Positions 1-13,900 of a stretch of 64,000 bases of DNA are shown piece after piece (the first letter of the stretch is position 1; each line of letters starts with the position of its first letter). The notes below the pieces were generated by a model. It was not told the DNA's origin, did not search any database, and saw only the letters and a program-made list of their open reading frames with translations. Source of the DNA: the human T2T-CHM13v2.0 reference genome, Homo sapiens; assembly GCF_009914755.1 (NCBI RefSeq), contig NC_060933.1. One strand, written 5' to 3'. A program made the position numbers and the translations under genes.

Positions 1-53
1 AATGGAATCAACGCGAGTGGAGGGGAATGGAATGGAATGGAATACAATGGAAT

Positions 54-68
54 GGAATCTTCCGGAAT
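54..68. promoter_or_regulatory. Perfect three-unit heat-shock element GGAAT-CTTCC-GGAAT (representative of about 37 copies)
   Basis: Seen: an exact nGAAn-nTTCn-nGAAn arrangement. Established: this is the HSF1 trimer consensus, and HSF1 binds SatIII. Occupancy of this particular site is inference. Confidence 0.6.
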
Positions 69-459
69 GGAATGGAATGGAATGGAATGGAATGGAATGG
101 AATGGAATAAACCCGAGTGCAATGGAATGGAGTGGAATGGAATGGAATGGAATGGAACAACCCGAATGGAATGGAATGTAATGGAGAGTAAGGGAGTTGA
201 ATAGAATCAATCCGAATGTAATGGAATGGAATGGAACGGAAAGGAATTGAATGGAATGGAATGGAATGCAATGGAATGGAATCAACCCGAGTGCAATGGA
301 ATGGAGAGGAATGGAATGGAATGGAATGGAAACTACCCGAATGGAATGGAATGTAATGGAGTGTAAGGGAATTGAATAGAATCAATCCGAATGTAATGGA
401 ATGGAATGGTATGGAATGGAATGGAATGGAATGGAATGGAATGGAATGCAATGGAATGG

Positions 460-607
460 AATCAACCCGAGTGCAATCGAATGGAATCGAATGGAATGGA
501 ATGCAATGGAATGGATTCAACTTGAATGGAATGGAAAGAATGGAATCAACACGAGTGGAAGGGCATGGATTGGAATGCAATGGAATGGAATCAACCCGAG
601 TACAGGG
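460..607 (+). repeat. pHuR98-like chr9 SatIII module (first copy). Its GATTCAACTTGAATGGAATGGAAAGAATGG core recurs about 30 times in the window
   Basis: Seen: AATCAACCCGAGTGCAATCGAATGGAATCGAATGG...GATTCAACTTGAATGGAATGGAAAGAATGGAATCAACACGAGTGG...CATGGATTGG...CAACCCGAGTACAGG, with another copy at 9581-9730. The match to the chromosome 9 probe pHuR98 is recalled, not aligned. Confidence 0.7.
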
Positions 608-3600
608 GAATGGAATTGAATGGAATGCAATGGAATGGAATCATCCGTAATGGAATGGAAAGGAATGGAATGGAATGGAATGGAATGGAATGGAATGGAA
701 TCAACACGATTGCAATCGAATGGAATGGAATGAAATTAACCCGAATAGAATGGAATGGAATGGAATGGAACGGAACGTAATGGAATGGAATGGAATGGAA
801 TGGAACGGAACGGAACGGAACGGAATGGAATGGAATGGAATGGAATGGAACGGAATGGAATCAACGCGAGTGCAGGGGAATGGAATGGAATGGAATGCAA
901 TGGAATGGAATCTTCCGGAATGGAATGGAATGGAATGGAATGAAATGAAATGGATTCAACTCGATTGCAATGGAATGGAATAGAATGGAATGGAATGGAA
1001 TGGAATGGAATTAACCCGAATAGAATGGAATGGAATGGAATGGAACGGAATGGATCGGAATGGAATGGAATGGAATGGAATGGAATGGAATGGTATGGAA
1101 TGGAATGGAATGTTACGGAATAGAATGGAATGGAACGAATTGTAATGGAATGGAATTGAATGGAATGGAATGGAATGGAATGGAATCAACGCGAGTGCAG
1201 GGGAATGTAATGGAACGGAATGCAATGGAATGGAATCATCCGGAATAGAATGGAATGGAATGGAATGGAATGGAATGGAATCAACCCGAGTGCAATGGAA
1301 TGGAGTGGAATGGAATGGAATAGAATGGAACAACCCGAATGGAATGGAATGTAATGGAGAGTAAGGGAGTTGAATAGAATCAATTCGAATGTAATGGAAT
1401 GGAATGCAACGGAATGGAATGGAATGGAATGGAATGGAATGGAATGGAATGGAATGGAATGGAATGCAAAGGAATGGAATCAACCCGAGTGGAATGGCAT
1501 GGAATGGAATGCAATGGATTGGAATGGAATGGAATCAACTCGAGTTTAAAGGAATGGAATGGAATGGAAAGGAATGGAATGAAGTCAACTCGAGTGGAAT
1601 GGAATGGAATGGAATGGATTGGAAGGGATTGCAATGGAATGAAATGGAATGGAATGGAATGGAATCAATCATGGAAGGGAATGTAATGGAGTGGAAAGAA
1701 GGGAATGGAATCAACCCGAGTGGAATGCAAGGCAATGGAATGGAATGAAAGGAATGGAATGGAATCAACTCGATTGCAATGGAATGGAATGGAATGGAAT
1801 GGAATGGAATGGAATTAACCGGAATAGAATGGAATGGAATGGAATGGAACGGAATGGAATGGAATGGAAGGGAATGGAATCAACACGAGTGCAGGGGAAT
1901 GGAATGGAATGGAATGCAATGGAATGGAATCATCCGGAATGGAATGGAATGGAATGGAATCAACTCCATTGCAATGGAATGGAATGGAATGGAATAGAAT
2001 GGAATGGAATTAACCCGAATAGAATGGAATGCAACAGAATGGAATGCAACGGAACCGAATGGAGTGGAATGGAATGGAATGGAATCTACCCGAGTACAGG
2101 GGAATGGAATGGAATGGAATGCAATGGAATGGAGTCATCCGTAATGGAATGGAAAGGAATGGAATGGAATGGAATGGAATGGAATGGAATGGAATGGAAT
2201 GGAATCAACTCGATGGCAATCGAATGGAATGGAATGGAATTAACCCGAATAGAATGGAATGGAATGGAATGGAACGGAACGGAATGGAATGGAATGGAAT
2301 GGAATGGAATGGAACGGAACGGAATGGAATGGAATGGAATGGAATGGAATCAACGAGAGTGCAGGGGAATGGAATGGAATGGAATGCAATGGAATGGAAT
2401 CTTCCGGAATGGAATGGAATGGAATGCAATGGAATGAAAGGCAATGGATTCAACTCGATTGCAAAGGAATGGAATAGAATGGAATGGAATGGAATGGAAT
2501 GGAATGGAATTGAATGGAATGGAATGTCTTCAAACCGAATGGAATGGAAAGGAATGGAATCAACACGAGAGGAAAGGAATGGAATGGAAAGGAATGGAAT
2601 GGAATGGAATGGTACGGAATAGAACGGAATGCAACGAACTGGAATGGAATGGAATGGAATGGAATGGAATGGAATGGAATCGTTCCGAGTGGAATAGGAG
2701 GGAATGTATTCGAGTGGAATGGAAAGGAATGGAATCAACCAGAGTGGCATGGAAGGGAATGGAATGGAATGGAAACTAATAGAATGGAATCAACCCGAGT
2801 GGAACGGAATGGAAAGGACTGGAATGGAATGGAATGGAATGGAATGGAATCAAATCGATGGTAATGGAATGGAATGGAATGGAATGGAATGGAATGGAAT
2901 GGAATGGAATTAACCCGAATACAATGGAATGGAATGGAATGGAACGGAATGGAGTGGAATGGAATGGAATCAACCCGAGTGCAGGGGAATGGAATGGAAT
3001 GGAATGCAATGGAATGGAATCATCCGGAATGGAATGGAATGGAATGGAATGCAAAGCAATGGAATCAACTCGATTGCAATGGAATGGAATGGAATGGAAT
3101 GGAAAGGAATAGAATGGTATCAGCCCGAGGGTAATGGAATGGAAAGGACTGGAATGGAGTGGAATGGAATGGAATGGAATGGAATGGAATGGAATCAACT
3201 GGATTGGAATGGAATGGAATGGAATGCAATGGAATGGAATTAACCCGAATAGAATGGAATGGAATGGAATGGAAAGGAACGGAACAGAACAGAACGGAAC
3301 GGAACGGAATGGAATGGAATGGAATGGAATGGAATCAACCCGACTGCAGGGGAATGGAATGGAATGGGATGCAATGGAATGGATTCAACTTGAATGGAAT
3401 GGAAAGAATGGAATCAACACGAGTGGAATGGCATGGATTGGAATGGAATGGAATGGAATCAACCCGAGTACAGGGGAATGGAATGGAATGGAATGCAATG
3501 GAATGGAATCATCCGTAATGGAATGGAAAGGAATGGAATGGAATGGAATGGAATGGAATGGAATGGAATGGAATCAACTCGATTGCAATCGAATGGAATG

Positions 3601-6600
3601 GAATGGAATTAACCCGAATAGAATGGAATGGAATGGAATGGAATGGAACGGAACGGAATGGAATGGAATGGAATGGAAAGCAATGGAACGGAAAGGAATG
3701 GAATGGAATGGAATGGAATGGAATGGAATGGAATGGAATGGAATCAACGCGAGTGCAGGGGAATGGAATGGAATGGAATACAATGGAATGGAATCTTCCG
3801 GAATGGAATGGAATGGAATGGAATGGAATGGAATGGAATGGAATGGAATAAACCCGAGTGCAATGGAATGGAGTGGAATGGAATGGAATGGAATGGAACA
3901 ACCCGAATGGAATGGAATGTAATGGAGAGTAAGGGAGTTGAATAGAATCAATCCGAATGTAATGGAATGGAATGGAACGGAATGGAATTGAATGGAATGG
4001 AATGGAATGCAATGGAATGGAATCAACCCGAGTGCAATGGAATGGAGAGGAATGGAATGGAATGGAATGGAAACTACCCGAATGGAATGGAATGTAATGG
4101 AGTGTAAGGGAATTGAATAGAATCAATCCGAATGTAATGGAATGGAATGGTACGGAATGGAATGGAATGGAATGGAATGGAATGGAATGGAATGCAATGG
4201 AATGGAATCAACCCGAGTGCAATCGAATGGAATCGAATGGAATGGAATGCAATGGAATGGATTCAACTTGAATGGAATGGAAAGAATGGAATCAACACGA
4301 GTGGAAGGGCATGGATTGGAATGCAATGGAATGGAATCAACCCGAGTACAGGGGAATGGAATTGAATGGAATGCAATGGAATGGAATCATCCGTAATGGA
4401 ATGGAAAGGAATGGAATGGAATGGAATGGAATGGAATGGAATGGAATGGAATGGAATGGAATGGAATCAACACGATTGCAATCGAATGGAATGGAATGAA
4501 ATTAACCCGAATAGAATGGAATGGAATGGAATGGAACGGAACGGAATGGAATGGAATGGAATGGAATGGAATGGAACGGAACGGAACGGAACGGAATGGA
4601 ATGGAATGGAATGGAATGGAACGGAATGGAATCAACGCGAGTGCAGGGGAATGGAATGGAATGGAATGCAATGGAATGGAATCTTCCGGAATGGAATGGA
4701 ATGGAATGGAATGAAATGAAATGGATTCAACTCGATTGCAATGGAATGGAATAGAATGGAATGGAATGGAATGGAATGGAATTAACCCGAATAGAATGGA
4801 ATGGAATGGAATGGAACGGAATGGAACGGAACGGAACGGAATGGAATGGAATGGAATGGAATGGAATGGAATGGAATGGAATGGTATGGAATGGAATGGA
4901 ATGGTATGGAATAGAATGGAATGGAACGAATTGTAATGGAATGGAATTGAATGGAATGGAATGGAATCAACGCGAGTGCAGGGGAATGTAATGGAACGGA
5001 ATGCAATGGAATGGAATCATCCGGAATGGAATGGAATGGAATGGAATGGAATGGAATGGAATCAACCCGAGTGCAATGGAATGGAGTGGAATGGAATGGA
5101 ATGGAATGGAACAACCCGAATGGAATGGAATGTAATGGAGAGTAAGGGAGTTGAATAGAATCAATAGGAATGTAATGGAATGGAATGCAACGGAATGGAA
5201 TGGAATGGAATGGAATGGAATGGAATGCAAAGGAATGGAATCAACCCGAGTGGAATGGCATGGAATGGAATGCAATGGAATGGAATGGAATGGAATCAAC
5301 TCGAATGGAAAGGAATGGAATGGAATGGAAAGAGATGGAATGAAATCAACTCGAGTGGAATGGAATGGAATGGATTGGAATGGATTGCAATGGAATGAAA
5401 TGGAATGGAATGGAATGGAATGGAATCGTTCCGAGTGGAATAGGAGGGAATGTATTCGAGTGGAATGGAAAGGAATGGAATCAACCAGATTGGAATGGAA
5501 GGGAATGGAATGGAATGGAAACTAATAGAATGGAATCAACCCTAGTGGAATGGAATGGAAAGGACTGGAATGCAATGGAATGGAATGGAATCAACTCGAT
5601 TGTAATGGAATGGAATGGAATGGAATGGAATGGAATTAACCCGAATACAATGGAATGGAATGGAATGGAACGGAATGGAGTGGAATGGAATGGAATCAAC
5701 CCGAATGCAGGGGAATGGAATGGAATGGAATGCAATGGAATGGAATCATCCGGAATGGAATGGAATGGAATGGAATGCAAAGCAATGGAATCAACTCGAT
5801 TGCAATGGAATGGAATGGAATGGAAAGGAATACATTGGAATCAACCCGAGTGGAATGGAATGGAAAGGACTGGAATGGAGTGGAATGGAATGGAATGGAA
5901 TGGAATGGAATGGAATGGAATGGAATCAACTCGATTGGAATGGAATGGAATTCAATGGAATGGAATGGAATTAACCCGAGTAGAAAGGAATGGAATGCAA
6001 TGGAATGGAATTGAATGGAATTAACCCGAGTAGAAAGGAATGGAATGCAATGGAACGGAACGGAACGGAATGGAATGGAATGGAATGGAATGGAATGGAA
6101 TGGAATCAACCCGACTGCAGGGGAATGGAATGGAATGGAATGCAATGGAATGGATTCAACTTGAATGGAATGGAAAGAATGGAATCAACACGAGTGGAAT
6201 GGCATGGATAGGAATGGAATGGAATGGAATCAACCCGAGTACAGGGGAATGGAATGGAATGGAATGCAATGGAATGGAATCATCCGTAATGGAATGGAAA
6301 GGAATGGAATGGAATGGAATGGAATGGAATGGAATGGAATCAACTCGATTGCAATCGAATGGAATGGAATGGAATTAACCCTAATAGAATGGAATGGAAT
6401 GGAATGGAATGGAACGGAACGGAATGGAATGGAATGGAATGGAATGGAACGGAAAGGAATGGAATGGAATGGAATGGAATGGAATGGAATGGAATGGAAT
6501 GGAATGGAATGGAATCAACGCGAGTGCAGGGGAATGGAATGGAATGGAATGCAATGGAATGGAATCTTCCGGAATGGAATGGAATGGAATGGAATGGAAT

Positions 6601-7907
6601 GGAATGGAATGGAATCAACCCGAGTGCAATGGAATGGAGTGGAATGGAATGGAATGGAATGGAACAACCCGAATGGAATGGAATGTAATGGAGACTAAGG
6701 GAGATGAATAGAATCAATCCGAATGTAATGGAATGCAATGGAACGGAATGGAATTGAATGGAATGGAATGGAATGCAATGGAATGGAATCAACCCGAGTG
6801 CAATGGAATGGAGAGGAATGGAATGGAATGGAATGGAAACTACCCGAATGGAATGGAATGTAATGGAGTGTAAGGGAATTGAATAGAATCAATCCGAATG
6901 TAATGGAATGGAATGGAAGGGAATGGAATGGAATGGAATGGAATGGAATGCAATGGAATGGAATCAACCCGAGAGCAATCGAATGGAATCGAATGGAATG
7001 GAATGCAATGGAATGGATTCAACTTGAATGGAATGGAAAGAATGGAATCAACACGAGTGGAAGGGCATGGATTGGAATGCAATGGAATGGAATCAACCCG
7101 AGTACAGGGGAATGGAATGGAATGGAATGCAATGGAATGGAATCATCCGTAATGGAATGGAAAGGAATGGAATGGAATGGAATGGAATGGAATGGAATCA
7201 ACACGATTGCAATCGAATGGAATGGAATGGAATTAACCCGAATAGAATGGAATGGAATGGAATGGAACGGAACGGAATGGAATGGAATGGAATGGAATGG
7301 AACGGAACGGAACGGAACGGAATGGAATGGAATGGAATGGAATGGAACGGAATGGAATCAACGCGAGTGCAGGGGAATGGAATGGAATGGAATGCAATGG
7401 AATGGAATCTTCCGGAATGGAATGGAATGGAATGGAATGAAATGCAATGGATTCAACTCGATTGCAATGGAATGGAATAGAATGGAATGGAATGGAATGG
7501 AATGGAATTAACCCGAATAGAATGGAATGGAATGGAATGGAACGGAATGGAACGGAATGGAATGGAATGGAATGGAATGGAATGGAATGGTATGGAATGG
7601 AATGGAATGGTACGGAATAGAATGGAAAGGAACGAATTGTAATGGAATGGAATTGAATGGAATGGAATGGAATGGAATGGAATCAACGCGAGTGCAGGGG
7701 AATGTAATGGAACGGAATGCAATGGAATGGAATCATCCGGAATGGAATGGAATGGAATGGAATGGAATGGAATGGAATCAACCCGAGTGCAATGGAATGG
7801 AGTGGAATGGAATGGAATGGAATGGAACAACCCGAATGGAATGGAATGTAATGGAGAGTAAGGGAGTTGAATAGAATCAATCGGAATGTAATGGAATGGA
7901 ATGTAAC

Positions 7908-10900
7908 GGAATGGAATGGAATGGAATGGAATGGAATGGAAAGGAATGGAATGCAAAGGAATGGAATAAACCCGAGTGGAATGGCATGGAATGGAATGCA
8001 ATGGAATGGAATGGAATGGAATCAACTCGAATGGAAAGGAATGCAATGGAATGGAAAGGAATGGAATGAAATCAACTCGAGTGGAATGGAATGGAATGGA
8101 TTGGAATGGATTGCAATGGAATGAAATGGAATGGAATGGAATGGAATCAATCATTCCGAGTGGAATGGAAGGGAATGTAATGGAGTGGAAAGAAGGGAAT
8201 GGAATCAACCCGATTGGAATGCAAGGCAATGGAATGGAATGGAAAGGAATGGAATGGAATCAACTCCATTGCAATGGAATGGAATGGAATGGAATGGAAT
8301 TAACCGGAATAGAATGGAATGCAATGGAATGGAACGGAATGGAATGGAATAGAAGGTAATGGAATCAACACGAGTGCAGGGGAATGGAATGGAATGGAAT
8401 GCAATGGAATGGAATCATCCGGAATGGAATGGAATGGAATGGAATCAACTCCATTGCAATGGAATGGAACGGAATGGAATGGAATAGAATGGAATGGAAT
8501 TAACCCGAATAGAATGGAATGCAATAGAATGGAATGGAACGGAACCGAATGGAGTGGAATGGAATGGAATGGAATCAACGTGAGTGCTGGGGAATGGAAT
8601 GGAATGGAATGCAATGGAATGGAATCATCCGGAATGGAATGGAATGGAATGGAATGGAATCAAACCGAGTGCAATGGAATGGAGTGAAATGGAATGGAAT
8701 GGAATGGAAACAACCAGAATGGATTGGAATATAATGGAGTGTAAGGGAATTGAATAGAATCAATATGAATGTAATGAAATGGAATGGAACGGAATGGAAT
8801 GGAATGGAATGGAATCGAATGGAATGGAATGGAATGGAATCAACCCGAGTGGAATGGCATGGAATGGAATGCAATGGAATGGAATGGAATGGAATGGAAT
8901 GGTTCGGAATAGAATGGATTGGAACAAAATGGAATGGAATGGAATGGAATGGAATGGAATGGAATGGAATGGAATAGAATGGAATGGAATGGAATCAAGT
9001 CGATTGCAGTGGAATAGAATGGAATGGAATGGAGCGGATTGGAATGGAATGGAATGGAATGGAATGGAATGGAATTAAATGGAATGGAAAGGAATGGAAT
9101 CAACCCGAGTGCAGGGGAAAGGAATGGAGTGGAATGCAATGGAATGGAATGGAATGGAATGGAATGGAATGGAATGGAATGGAATGGAATGGAATCAACC
9201 CGAGTGGAATGGCATGGAATGGAATGCAAAGGAATGGAATGGAATCAACTCGAGTGGAAAGGAATGGAATGGAATGGAAAGGAATGGAATGAAATCAACT
9301 CGAGTGGAATGGAATATAATGGAATGGATTGGAATGGATTGCAATGGAATGAAATGGAATGGAATGGAATGGAATCAATCATTCCGAGTGGAATGGAAGG
9401 GAATGCAATGGAGTGGAAAGAAGGGAATGGAATCAAACAGAGTGGAATTCAAGGCAATGGAATGGAATGGAAAGGAATGGAATGGAATCAACTCGATTGC
9501 AATGGAATGGAATAGAATGGAATGGAATGGAAAGGAATGGAATGGAATGAAATGGGATGGAATGGAATGCAATGGAATGGAATCAACCCGAGTGCAATCG
9601 AATGGAATCGAATGGAATGGAATGCAATGGAATGGATTCAACTTGAATGGAATGGAAAGAATGGAATCAACACGAGTGGAATGGCATGGATTGGAATGGA
9701 ATGGAATGGAATCAACCCGAGTACAGGGGAATGGAATGGAATGGAATGCAATGGAATGGAATCATCCGTAATGGAATGGAAAGGAATGGAATGGAATGGA
9801 ATGGCATGGAATGGAATGGAATCAACTCCATTGCAATCGAATGGAATGGAATGCAATTAACCCGAATAGAATGGAATGGAATGGAATGGAACGGAACGGA
9901 ACGGAACGGAATGGAATGGAATGGAATGGAATGGAACGGAAACGAATGGAATGGAATGGAATGGAATGGAATGGAATGGAATGGAATCAACGCGAGTGCA
10001 GGGGAATGGAATGGAATGGAATGTAATGGAATGGAATCTTCCGGAATGGAATGGAATGGAAAGGAATCAACCCGAGTGCAATGGAATGGAGTGGAATGGA
10101 ATGGAATGGAATGGAACAACCCGAATGGAATCGAATGTAATGGAGAGTAAGGGAGTTGAATAGAATCAATCTGAATGTAATGGAATGGAATGGAACGGAA
10201 TGGAATTGAATGGAATGGAATGGAATGCAATGGAATGGAATCAACCCGAGTGCAATGGAATGGAGAGGAATGGAATGGAATGGAGTGGAAACTACCCGAA
10301 TGGAATGGAATGTAATGGAGTGTAAGGGAATTGAATAGAATCAATCCGAATGTAATGGAATGGAATGGAACGGAATGGAATGGAATGGAATGGAATGGAA
10401 TCAACCCGAGTGCAATCGAATGGAATCGAATGGAATGGAATGCAATGGAATGGATTCAACTTGAATGGAATGGAAAGAATGGAATCAACACGAGTGGAAT
10501 GGCATGGATTGGAATGGAATGGAATGGAATCAACCCGAGTACAGGGGAATGGAATGGAATGGAATGCAATGGAATGGAATCATCCGTAATGGAATGGAAA
10601 GGAATGGAATGGAATGGAATGGAATGGAATGGAATGGAATGGAATCAACCTGATTGCAATCGAATGGAATGGAATGGAATTAACCCGAATAGAATGGATT
10701 GGAATGGAATGGAATGGAACGGAATGGAACGGAATGGAATGGAATGGAATGGAATGGAATGGAATGGATTCAACGCGAGTGCATTGGAATGGAATGGAAT
10801 GGAATGCAATGGAATGGAATCCTCCGGAATGGAATGGAATGGAATGGAATGGAATGGAATGAAATGCAATGGATTCAACTCGATTGCAATGGAATGGAAT

Positions 10901-13900
10901 AGAATGGAATGGAATGGAATTAACCCGAATAGAATGGAATGGAATGCAATGGAACGGAATGGAACGGAATGGAATGGAATGGAATGGAATGGAATGGTAT
11001 GGAATGGAATGAAATGGTACGGAATAGAATGGAATGGAACGAATTGTAATGGAATGGAATTGAATGGAATGGAATGGAATCAACGCGAGTGCAGGGGAAT
11101 GTAATGGAACGGAATGCAATGGAATGGAATCATCCGGAATGGAATGGAATGGAATGGAATGGAATGGAATGGAATGGAATGGAATCAACCCGAGTGCAAT
11201 GGAATGGAGTGGAATGGAATGGAATGGAATGGAACAACCCTAATGGAATGGAATGTAATGGAGAGTAAGGGAGTTGAATAGAATCAATCTGAATGTAATG
11301 GAATGGAATGCAACGGAATGGAATGGAATGGAATGGAATGGAATGCAATGGAATGGAATCAACCCGAGTACAATGGAATGGAATGGAATGGAATGGAATG
11401 GAATGGAATGGAATGGAATGCCTTCAAACCGCATGGAATGGAAAGGAATGGAATCAAAACGAGTGGAATGGAATGGAATGGAATGGAATGGAATGGAATG
11501 GAATGGAATGATACGGAATAGAATGGAATGGAACGAAATGGAATGGAATGGAATGGAATGGAATGGAATGGAATCGTTCTGAGTGGAATAGGAGGGAATG
11601 TATTCGAGTGGAATGGAAAGGAATGGAATCAACCAGAGTGGAATGGAAGGGAATGGAATGGAATGGAAACTAATAGAATGGAATCAACCCGAGTGGAATG
11701 GAATGGAAAGGACTGGAATGGAATGGAATGGAATGGAATGGAATGGAATGGAATGGAATCAACTCGATTGTAATGGAATGGAATGGAATGGAATGGAATG
11801 GAATGGAATTAACCTGAATACAATGGAATGGAATGGAATGGAACGGAATGGAGTGGAATGGAATGGAATCAACCCGAGTGCAGGGGAATGGAATGGAATG
11901 GAATGCAATGGAATGGAATCATCCGGAATGGAATGGAATGGAATGGAATGCAAAGCAATGGAATCAACTCGATTGCAATGGAATGGAATGGAATGGAAAG
12001 GAATACATTGGAATCAACCCGAGTGGAATGGAATGGAAAGGACTGGAATGGAGTGGAATGGAATGGAATGGAATCAACTCGATTGGAATGGAATGGAAAG
12101 GAATGGAATGGAATGGAATTAACCCGAATAGAATGGAATGGAATGGAATGGAACGGAAAGGAACGGAATGGAATGGAATGGAATGGAATGGAATGGAATG
12201 GAATGGAATGGAATCAACCCGACTGCAGGGGAATGGAATGGAATGGAATGCAATGGAATGGATTCAACTTGAATGGAATGGAAATAATGGAATCAACACG
12301 AGTGGAATGGCATGGATTGGAATGGAATGGAATGGAATCAACCCGAGTACAGGGGAATGGAATGGAATGGAATGCAATGGAATGGAAACTTCCGGAATGG
12401 AATGGAATGGAATGGAATGGAATGGAATGGAATGGAATGGAATCAACCCGAGTGCAATGGAATGGAGTGGAATGGAATGGAATGGAATGGAACAACCCGA
12501 ATGGAATGGAATGTAATGGAGACTAAGGGAGATGAATAGAATCAATCCGAATGTAATGGAATGGAATGGAACGGAATGGAATTGAATGGAATGGAATGGA
12601 ATGCAATGGAATGGAATCAACCCGAGTGCAATGGAATGGAGAGGAATGGAATTGAATGGAATGGAAACTACCCGAATGGAATGGAATGTAATGGAGTGTA
12701 AGGGAATTGAATAGAATCAATCCGAATGTAATGGAATGGAATGGAAGGGAATGGAATGGAATGGAATGGAATGGAATGCAATGGAATGGAATCAACCCGA
12801 GTGCAATGGAATGGAATCGAATGGAATGGAATGCAATGGAATGGATTCAACTTGAATGGAATGGAAAGAATGGAATCAACAGGAGTGGAAGGGCATGGAT
12901 TGGAATGCAATGGAATGGAATCAACCCGAGTACAGGGGAATGGAATGGAATGGAATGCAATGGAATGGAATCATCCGTAATGGAATGGAAAGGAATGGAA
13001 TGGAATGGAATGGAATGGAATGGAATCAACACGATTGCAATCGAATGGAATGGAATGGAATTAACCCGAATAGAATGGAATGGAATGGAATGGAACGGAA
13101 CGGAATGGAATGGAATGGAATGGAATGGAACGGAACGGAACGGAACGGAATGGAATGGAATGGAATGGAATGGAACGGAATGGAATCAACGCGAGTGCAG
13201 GGGAATGGAATGGAATGGAATGCAATGGAATGGAATCTTCCGGAATGGAATGGAATGGAATGGAATGGAATGAAATGCAATGGATTCAACTCGATTGCAA
13301 TGGAATGGAATAGAATGGAATGGAATGGAATGGAATGGAATTAACCCGAATAGAATGGAATGGAATGGAATGGAACGGAATGGAACGGAATGGAATGGAA
13401 TGGAATGGAATGGAATGGAATGGTATGGAATGGAATGGAATGGTACGGAATAGAATGGAATGGAACGAATTGTAATGGAATGGAATTGAATGGAATGGAA
13501 TGGAATGGAATGGAATCAACGCGAGTGCAGGGGAATGTAATGGAACGGAATGCAATGGAATGGAATCATCCGGAATGGAATGGAATGGAATGGAATGGAA
13601 TGGAATGGAATGGAATCAATCCGACTGCAATGGAATGGAGTGGAATGGAATGGAATGGAATGGAACAACCCGAATGGAATGGAATGTAATGGAGAGTAAG
13701 GGAGTTGAATAGAATCAATCCGAATGTAATGGAATGGAATGCAACGGAATGGAATGGAATGGAATGGAATGGAATGCAATGGAATGGAATCAACCCGAGT
13801 ACAATGGAATGGAATGGAATGGAATGGAATGGAATGGAATGGAATGGAATGGAATGGAATGCCTTCAAACCGAATGGAATGGAAAGGAATGAAATCAACA

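Larger units (their letters stand above)
1..7900 (+). repeat. Higher-order units of ~2.75 kb (first unit lengthened to ~3.75 kb)
   Basis: Marker offsets: HSE 54->3790 (3736), 907->4678 (3771), 3790->6561 (2771), 4678->7404 (2726). Near-identical ORFs start at 526, 4272 and 7028. Confidence 0.75.

Noticed and set aside
2676-2715. Extra HSEs at GGAATCGTTCC, GAATGTATTCG and GGAATGGTTCGGAAT
   Set aside because: The GAA-to-TTC spacing is 3-4 bp rather than the required 2 bp.
2680-2790. CGTTCCGAGTGGAATAGGAGGGAATGTATTCGAG...AAACTAATAG as foreign insert, or AGGAGG as a Shine-Dalgarno site
   Set aside because: It parses into in-register pentamers and recurs many times; a bacterial ribosome-binding site is meaningless in this context.
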